NCBI GenBank assembly: GCA_963801165.1
Contig: CAWDDT010000004.1
Coordinates: 576,001 to 640,000 of the forward strand
DNA length: 64,000 nucleotides
Source: an uncultured bacterium
GTDB lineage: Bacteria > Actinomycetota > Acidimicrobiia > Spongiisociales > UBA5794
Direction: 5' to 3'
In this document: piece by piece, positions 58,305 through 64,000 of the stretch
How the letters are laid out: every line of letters begins with the position of its first letter
How positions within the stretch are numbered: the stretch's first letter is position 1
Position numbers and translations under genes: made by a program
The notes under the pieces: generated by a model
What the model was told of the DNA's origin: nothing
The model's input: only the letters and a program-made list of their open reading frames with translations
Databases searched by the model: none

Positions 58305-59632
58305 ATACCGAAGACAGACTCCGCCGTGCTTCCCGGGAAATGGACAAAGTCACCGCATCGATTTCGGCGCCTCCCATGGCAGAGCTACGTCGCTCCACCC
58401 GATTGCGGGGGATCGCCGTCACGATTGCCACCGCCATCGCCGTGTTGGTTCTGGTGGGTGGCACCTTGCTCTTGCTCAGTGGCAGAGGCGCAACAACGCT
58501 TGAGCCGGCGGCTCCGGGGGAGACAACGACGACGTCCACGATTCCTCCGACGACAGCAGAGCGTTCGGACAGCCCGTCGGAGACGTATGTCTTCCCTGCT
58601 GCCGACCCGCTGCCTCCTGTCGAGCTGGATGCTCGTGACGAGAGCCCTCTCTATCCGGTAGACGACTACACACGCCCAGCTGATATCGATCAAATCGGCA
58701 ACGAGGGCTATCTGGGCCCGTTTGTGGGGGATGTCGAGATCGTGGTCGTCGGTCAGGTGTCCACCGATGTGCTTTCCCCGCGGCTGTATGCGGTCCGCGG
58801 CCTTTTTGCCAACGACACGGACGCGCCTCTTGCTGGCCGACGCGGCGAGTGTCTCGTGCTCGTCGATCGAGCTGGGCGCAGCGCAACGTGCGGCCAGGGA
58901 GAGGCGTATGGCCTGATGATGACGGGGGACATCGCTGAGGGCACATATGTCGCCGGTCGGGCGGCCGAAGGATCGACGCTGGTCGTAATCCGTAGCGGAG
59001 CTGTTAGGTCATGGCAGTCGACGCGAGATGGGTATTTCTTTGCCACCATCGGCACCGTACCGGGTGACGCTCTCGCATACACGTTCTTCGACCCCGGGGG
59101 CGAGGTCGTGGATGAGGGGGCGCTGACGGACGTCACAGCGGTCGACGATCCAACCACCCAGTCTGTCCCATGTTCCGCCGGCGAGGCTGCGGTTCCGGAC
59201 ACCTTCGACGCTGTCCCGGAGGATGTACTGGCGACGGTGCTCGACATTGTCGATGCGGCCCAGCAATGCGACTACACCCGTCTCGAAACGATCGCCGGTG
59301 ACGAGTTCACTGCATCCTATGGCGGTAGTGAGCCGTCGGACCTATGGACCCAGCAGGAGGAGAACGGCGACAAGCCGATGTACTGGCTGCTGTCGATCCT
59401 GAACCTGCCGTACGGGACGATCGAGACCGACAACGGGCCGATGTACGTCTGGCCGGCTGCGTATGCACACCAGGGCAGTTGGGAGACGACACCGCAGCAG
59501 GACATGGACGCCCTCCGTTCCTTGTACACGGAAGACGATCTCCAGAGCTTTGCCGACTTCGGTGGCTACTACGGTTACCGGGTGGGAATCACTGCCAGTG
59601 GTGACTGGTTATTCTTCGTAGCAGGAGATTGA
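58301..59632 (+). CDS. Putative anti-sigma/sensor membrane protein
   Basis: ATGA overlap with the sigma gene. Short cytoplasmic N-terminus (EDRLRRA), one TM and a large extracellular part with Cys pairs. Confidence 0.65.
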   Translation: MNTEDRLRRASREMDKVTASISAPPMAELRRSTRLRGIAVTIATAIAVLVLVGGTLLLLSGRGATTLEPAAPGETTTTSTIPPTTAERSDSPSETYVFPAADPLPPVELDARDESPLYPVDDYTRPADIDQIGNEGYLGPFVGDVEIVVVGQVSTDVLSPRLYAVRGLFANDTDAPLAGRRGECLVLVDRAGRSATCGQGEAYGLMMTGDIAEGTYVAGRAAEGSTLVVIRSGAVRSWQSTRDGYFFATIGTVPGDALAYTFFDPGGEVVDEGALTDVTAVDDPTTQSVPCSAGEAAVPDTFDAVPEDVLATVLDIVDAAQQCDYTRLETIAGDEFTASYGGSEPSDLWTQQEENGDKPMYWLLSILNLPYGTIETDNGPMYVWPAAYAHQGSWETTPQQDMDALRSLYTEDDLQSFADFGGYYGYRVGITASGDWLFFVAGD

Positions 59633-59713
59633 TCACCCCCGAGCTTTTACTTGAAGCCGCCCGTTGCCGATATAGAAGGCAGTGTTCCCCCGAAAAGGGG
59701 GACGCGGCGGGCC

Positions 59714-59749
59714 AAGAAGCGATCGCCCTCCGGTGGGGAGGGCGATCGC
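59714..59749 (-). terminator. Strong hairpin, probable intrinsic terminator
   Basis: Perfect 13-bp stem GCGATCGCCCTCC-GGTGG-GGAGGGCGATCGC with a TTCTT tail on the minus strand. Confidence 0.6.
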
Positions 59750-59924
59750 CGGCGCGTTCCAGCCCCGGCACCGCGGATTGCCGGAATCACCACCGGGTCT
59801 GTGGGTCCCGAGGCCGCAACCGGGAGTGAGGGCTTTATCTCCCGACTTCGTGAATCGACGCGGAGCGCGTGTAGAGCGGCATCGGAGATGCCCGTTCGAT
59901 CGGAGCATTCGCCTTGCGGCGGCC

Positions 59925-61068
59925 TCAGCTCGTATCGGGTGGTACGGCCCGGTCTTCCGGTCCTGCTGTCATCCCGGCCAGGCGACGCCCACGCCTTCGC
60001 GCATGATCGGCTTTGGTCTTGCGGACGTGGCAGGGGTGGCAGCGGTCGGGGAGGTTGTCGAGCGAAGTCGGGCCGTGCTCGACAACTGGCAGGTCGTGAT
60101 CGTGTTCCAGGCGGTAGCGGTTACCGCAATCGACACAGCGGCGTCCGTCGAAATCCGGTGGTGACCCAAGGTTGAGGGCGAGTTTGATCTCGACCGGGAT
60201 GTGCCGGGTCCAGCGTCGCATCTGTCGAAGATCCTTGCCGTCGGAGATGACTCCGGTGATGAACGCGTCCTGGGCGATCTCTCTCGCTACCTGCGGGTCG
60301 ATAGGCGCGACCCCGGGGATGTGGCAAACCTCGCCGGGCTCGATGCTCGTCCAGCCGCGTTGCGCGACCTCGTGGCTGACGACCGCGACCATCTCCGGTT
60401 TGGACGATCGACTCTTGCCGGGCCTGCCGAAGCCGGCGGCGAAAGCGTCGGCGATGTAGGCCTCAAACGGCTCCTTCCACCCGTCCCGGTTTGCGAGCCT
60501 CTTGGCTTCGGCTTCGAGATCATTGACGATCGGGGTACCGATGTGGGGCTCGAGGTCGGCTTCGACGTGGATCAAGCCAAGATCGGTTATGTGGTGTCCG
60601 CCCGCGGGCGCCGTGTTGACGGGCTCCGATGTTGCTGCGGTCGTGAGCCAATCGGGCTCTGCGCGCCTGATGGCGGAGCTCGTGGAACGGCTCCTGCTGT
60701 GCCACCTGGACGAGGGTGTCGGCGCAGCCGGGGGCGTCAGTCTCGGCCTTGGCGATCTCGGTTGCCTGATCCAACGACACCCCACCGGCCCTCACCGCGC
60801 CAGCCAAGACCGGAGTGTCGGCGAGCCGCTCCGACAAACCGAGGACCGCTCGGGCCTTCGTCACCGTCGTCCCCTGTTGCCTCGCCAGCAGCCTCGGGTC
60901 ACCGATGCGACGGGCCAACACCGCCGCTGCCCCTGCGGCCGCCCGCTCGGCGCGGCCGAACAGCGTGATCAGCCGATATGCCGACTCCCGGTCGAAACGG
61001 TCGGCGTCCAGGTCGTGGACGGCGGATTCGAAGATCTCGACGGCACTTTCCACGGGCTGAGCTTCCAT
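59925..61068 (-). pseudogene. DUF222/HNH endonuclease (REP13E12-like), frameshifted near 60600
   Basis: N-terminal half (MEAQPVE...GGVSLDQA..I...ARQHGAR) and C-terminal half (HITDLG.IH...CVDCG...LEHDH...GPTSLDNL..RC..CH..KT) are in different frames. Confidence 0.75.
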
Positions 61069-61074
61069 ACCGCC

Positions 61075-61096
61075 ATCATGCAACCCGGGTGTGACA
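61075..61096 (-). promoter_or_regulatory. RecA-NDp/PafBC-like DNA-damage promoter, leaderless
   Basis: TGTCAC-N10-CATGAT, then 6 nt, then the ATG of the HNH gene. Confidence 0.55.
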
Positions 61097-61166
61097 GATT
61101 TCGTGTGCCAGTTCGCAGTCGTGACCGAGCCGAGTACGGCAACCAGACGAGGGCCGGCTCGCCGTC

Positions 61167-61952
61167 CTACGCGTTCTTCTGGTCCCGCCATTTCAGCCAT
61201 GGTTTGATCCCGGTCAGGTCGTACTCAGGACCGTTCAAACCGAACGTGAACAGCGTGAACCCGAGCGCATAGAACTCCTCGGCGAGCGCCACCGGGTCGC
61301 TTGCGCGCCCGAGGTCGATTCCCACCGAGCGTTCGATCTCACCAGGGTCGCGCCCCACCTTGGAACACCAGTCGTCGAGCACTCCGGCTTTGTGTTTCAT
61401 CGTCGTCGGGGAGCCGAAGCTGTGCCAGATGTCGCCCTGCTCGGCCACGATTCGCAGCGTCACCTTCTCCCCACCGCCACCGATCAGCACCGGGATCTTG
61501 CGGGTAGGAGGCGGGTTGCCCTTGCCGAGACGCTCTTTGATGATGGGCAGATCTCGGTCGAGGTCACGTAGCCGGCCGCCGGCTGTGCCGAAGTCGTATC
61601 CGAACTCGTCGTAGTCGCGCTCGAACCACCCCGACCCGATCCCGAGGATCAGCCGGCCACCCGACATGTGGTCTACGGTGCGGGCCATGTCGGCCAGGAG
61701 CTGCGGATTGCGGTACGAGTTGCAGGTGACGAGCGCCCCGATCTGTATGTTGGTCGTCTGCTCCGCCCAGGCACCGAGCATGGTCCAACACTCGAAGTGC
61801 TTGCCGTCGGGCTCGCCGTAGAGCGGGTAGAAGTGGTCCCAGTTGTAAACGACGTCGAGACCGAGGTCCTCTGCCTGCGTGACGGTGCGCCGGATATCTG
61901 AGTACTCGGCGTGCTGGGGATGGATTTGGGCGGCGATACGTACCGGATGCAC
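61167..61952 (-). CDS. LLM-class F420-dependent oxidoreductase (MSMEG_2906-like)
   Basis: PQHA, NWDHFYPL, HFECWT, CNSYRNP.LLADMART, GSGWFERDY and GGGGE motifs. Confidence 0.88.
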   Translation of the reverse strand: MHPVRIAAQIHPQHAEYSDIRRTVTQAEDLGLDVVYNWDHFYPLYGEPDGKHFECWTMLGAWAEQTTNIQIGALVTCNSYRNPQLLADMARTVDHMSGGRLILGIGSGWFERDYDEFGYDFGTAGGRLRDLDRDLPIIKERLGKGNPPPTRKIPVLIGGGGEKVTLRIVAEQGDIWHSFGSPTTMKHKAGVLDDWCSKVGRDPGEIERSVGIDLGRASDPVALAEEFYALGFTLFTFGLNGPEYDLTGIKPWLKWRDQKNA

Positions 61953-61968
61953 GGATGATTCCCTTCGT

Positions 61969-62023
61969 GTGGATGACGTTGTTGTGGATGACGTTGTTGT
62001 GGATGACGTCGTTGCGGATGACG
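61969..62023. repeat. 15-bp tandem repeat, about 3.7 copies
   Basis: GTGGATGACGTTGTT x2, then GTGGATGACGTCGTT, then GCGGATGACG. Confidence 0.9.
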
Positions 62024-62093
62024 ACCGAGCCTAGAAGGTCTGCGATTCCGCTTACGACGCGTGCGATGGCCACGGGCTGATAGCGTTGCCGCC

Positions 62094-63323
62094 ATGAGTT
62101 TCGAGATCCGTCCCCTCACCATTGAAGACATCCCCAGGTTCCGTCAGGCAATCTCGGCAGGTTTCGGCCATGATCTGGACCCCGACGACAAGCAGGCCGC
62201 AGAGCGGTTCGACGCGTTGTTTGCCCGCGATCGGGCGTTTCCGGTCTTCGATGGCGACCAGCTCGTCGGCACCGGAGCGGACTACGCATTCACGGTCACC
62301 GTTCCCGGTGGTGCCCAGGTGCCGATGGCGGGGCTGACCATCATCACGGTACGACCCACCCACACGCGGCGTGGTGTGCTCACCATGATGATGCGCGAGC
62401 ATTTCCGGCGTGCCCGGGAGCGGGGCGAGTTACTCGCCGGGCTGTGGGCATCCGAGGCGAAGATCTACGGGCGTTTCGGGTACGGGCCCGCGGCGCGGCA
62501 TCACGAGGTCAAGTTCGACGCGCGGTACACGGGGCGAGGTGGCAGCGAGCCGGGAGTGATCGTCCGTCTGGTCGAGAAGGCAGAAGCCGAGAAGCTGCTC
62601 CCCGACATGTTTGCCCTGGCACAGCAGCAACGGCCGGGCATGTTCCAGCGTTCCGAGGAATGGTGGAGGTACCGGCACTTCTACGACCCGGAGAAGTGGC
62701 GGGAGGGTGCGAGCGCTCTCCGCCACGCCGTCGCTTTTCAGGATGAGGAGCCGATCGGGTACGTGTCCTACCGGCAGAAGGAGGATTGGGGTCAACTCCC
62801 CGACGGCGAGATTCGGGTCAGAGAGCTGATACCGGTCACCGATGCCGGTTACCGGGCGCTGTGGCACTACGTCACGAGCGTCGACCTCTTCCCGATCGTC
62901 AAGCACTGGAACATGGCGCCGGATGATCCGTTGTGGCTGCTGCTCGAGGACGGTCGAGCGGTTGGTACCACGGCCGTCTCCGATGCGTTGTGGGTCCGTC
63001 TCGTTGACGTACCCCGGGCGTTGGAGGCGAGGGCCTACGAAAGCGACGGCTCGATTGTGATCCGGGTCACGGACGGCTTCTGTGATTGGAACGAAGGGAC
63101 GTACCGGATCGAGGTCGATGGGGGCCGGGCAACTGTAGCGAGAGTCGCGGAAGATCCCGAGGTGTCCATGACCGCCAGCACGCTCGGGGCCTTGTATCTG
63201 GGTGGCCGCGATGCGATCGCCTTTGCCCGGGCGGGACGGATCGACGGCGCCGCTGCCTCGGTGCGAGACCTCAATCGCATGGTCCGCTCGTCACCCCAGC
63301 CCTGGGTTCCTGAGATCTTCTGA
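62094..63323 (+). CDS. Eis-like GNAT acetyltransferase with C-terminal SCP2-like domain
   Basis: VRPTHTRRGVL, LWASE..IYGRFGYG, LWVRLVDVP.AL.AR.Y, LGALYLGG and C-terminal EIF motifs. Confidence 0.9.
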   Translation: MSFEIRPLTIEDIPRFRQAISAGFGHDLDPDDKQAAERFDALFARDRAFPVFDGDQLVGTGADYAFTVTVPGGAQVPMAGLTIITVRPTHTRRGVLTMMMREHFRRARERGELLAGLWASEAKIYGRFGYGPAARHHEVKFDARYTGRGGSEPGVIVRLVEKAEAEKLLPDMFALAQQQRPGMFQRSEEWWRYRHFYDPEKWREGASALRHAVAFQDEEPIGYVSYRQKEDWGQLPDGEIRVRELIPVTDAGYRALWHYVTSVDLFPIVKHWNMAPDDPLWLLLEDGRAVGTTAVSDALWVRLVDVPRALEARAYESDGSIVIRVTDGFCDWNEGTYRIEVDGGRATVARVAEDPEVSMTASTLGALYLGGRDAIAFARAGRIDGAAASVRDLNRMVRSSPQPWVPEIF

Positions 63324-63785
63324 CGGGCGCCGGGCGGCCGCCTCGAGGTCGGTCACCTCGGACACTATCTGGTCGATGCTCTTGCCGGCAGTGTCGACGT
63401 GGTGGTATTCGATGGCGGCTTTGTGGAGCGGGTCGGGGCTGGGCAGCTCGCGCTCAGCGCCGACGACGATGATGCGGGCGATTCCTGCCTCTGCGAGCCC
63501 ATCGGCCCACTGCCCGAACAGCTCCACGGTGGTGGCCGCAAAGTAGCGCTCCCGGTCATCGTGGGCGACGGCGGCAATAACGATCGCACAGAAGGCGCCG
63601 GTCGCAGCCCCACCGACATGGGTTCCATCCGATATGTCGCCGATGGCCACCTTGGCGAACTCGCGGTAGCGGGCCACGGCGTCGGCGTCGGAGGCAAAGA
63701 TCCGCAGCTCACCCGAGGCGGGTCGCAGGGCGGGCACGATGGCGTGACCGAGGTCGGTGTCTGCTCCAATAACAAGCACTGGCAC
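63291..63785 (-). CDS. Short Rossmann-like NAD(P)-binding protein
   Basis: VLVIGADT.LG, KVAIGD.SD and GIARII.V motifs. GGGAG SD before GTG 63785. Confidence 0.65.
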   Translation of the reverse strand: MPVLVIGADTDLGHAIVPALRPASGELRIFASDADAVARYREFAKVAIGDISDGTHVGGAATGAFCAIVIAAVAHDDRERYFAATTVELFGQWADGLAEAGIARIIVVGAERELPSPDPLHKAAIEYHHVDTAGKSIDQIVSEVTDLEAAARRPSEDLRNPGLG

Positions 63786-63864
63786 GGCGATAACTCCCAA
63801 TGATGAGATGGCCACTCAGAAATGTCGGGATCAAATCCACATCCGTCGACGTTATATCCTACGA

Positions 63865-63997
63865 GGATGATCCTCCGGAACGGCACCCGGTCTTCCCCCC
63901 ACTCCCACACCACCGTTCCGGCGGGATCATCCGAATGTTCTCGGCGGCTTGATGTCTGGATCGACGCACCACGCCCGCCTCGATGGGGAAGCCTGCC
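63865..63997 (+). ncRNA. Candidate structured RNA with two C-rich-loop hairpins (6C-like architecture)
   Basis: Long stem GGATGATCCTCCGGAACGG/CCGTTCCGGCGGGATCATCC with a CCCCCC loop, a second stem with loop CGCACCACGCCCGCC, and TATCCT -10 upstream. Confidence 0.5.
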
Positions 63998-64000
63998 ACG

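Noticed and set aside
56500-61068. Anti-phage defence island (WYL + HNH)
   Set aside because: The WYL is YafY-type and the HNH is 13E12-like; no recognisable defence effectors.
61969-62023. Possible CRISPR array
   Set aside because: Contiguous 15-bp units with no spacers and no cas genes.

Overview
High-GC actinobacterial chromosomal segment, Acidimicrobiia-like by gene content and Thr-rich lipoproteins (inference), with about 60 CDS. Recognisable blocks: a methanogen-type hdrCBA-mvhDGA heterodisulfide reductase/[NiFe] hydrogenase operon with its protease (4662-11678) behind a DosR-like box; scattered menaquinone genes (menF, menD, menA, menB, menE); several ABC transporters; a GNAT/acyl-CoA synthetase fusion; a WYL regulator; an ECF sigma pair; and a frameshifted HNH gene. 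The best candidate for an undescribed system is a dispersed regulon. Two paralogous OmpR-type two-component systems (15.3-17.3 kb and 51.6-53.6 kb) are each divergent from a homologous secreted protein. The same 11-bp-phased nTTAG/nTTAA repeat array lies in both divergent promoters and upstream of a five-gene operon (44245-47281). That operon encodes a signal-peptide-less ApbE flavin transferase, a four-His cytochrome-b-like membrane protein and low-complexity exported proteins, but no canonical FMN-binding domain. Two C-rich-loop structured RNA candidates (17.3 kb, 63.9 kb) and an unannotated 56-aa ORF under a WYL-type operator were also found. No rRNA, tRNA, CRISPR array or transposase was seen. 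All calls are by eye; no searches were run.
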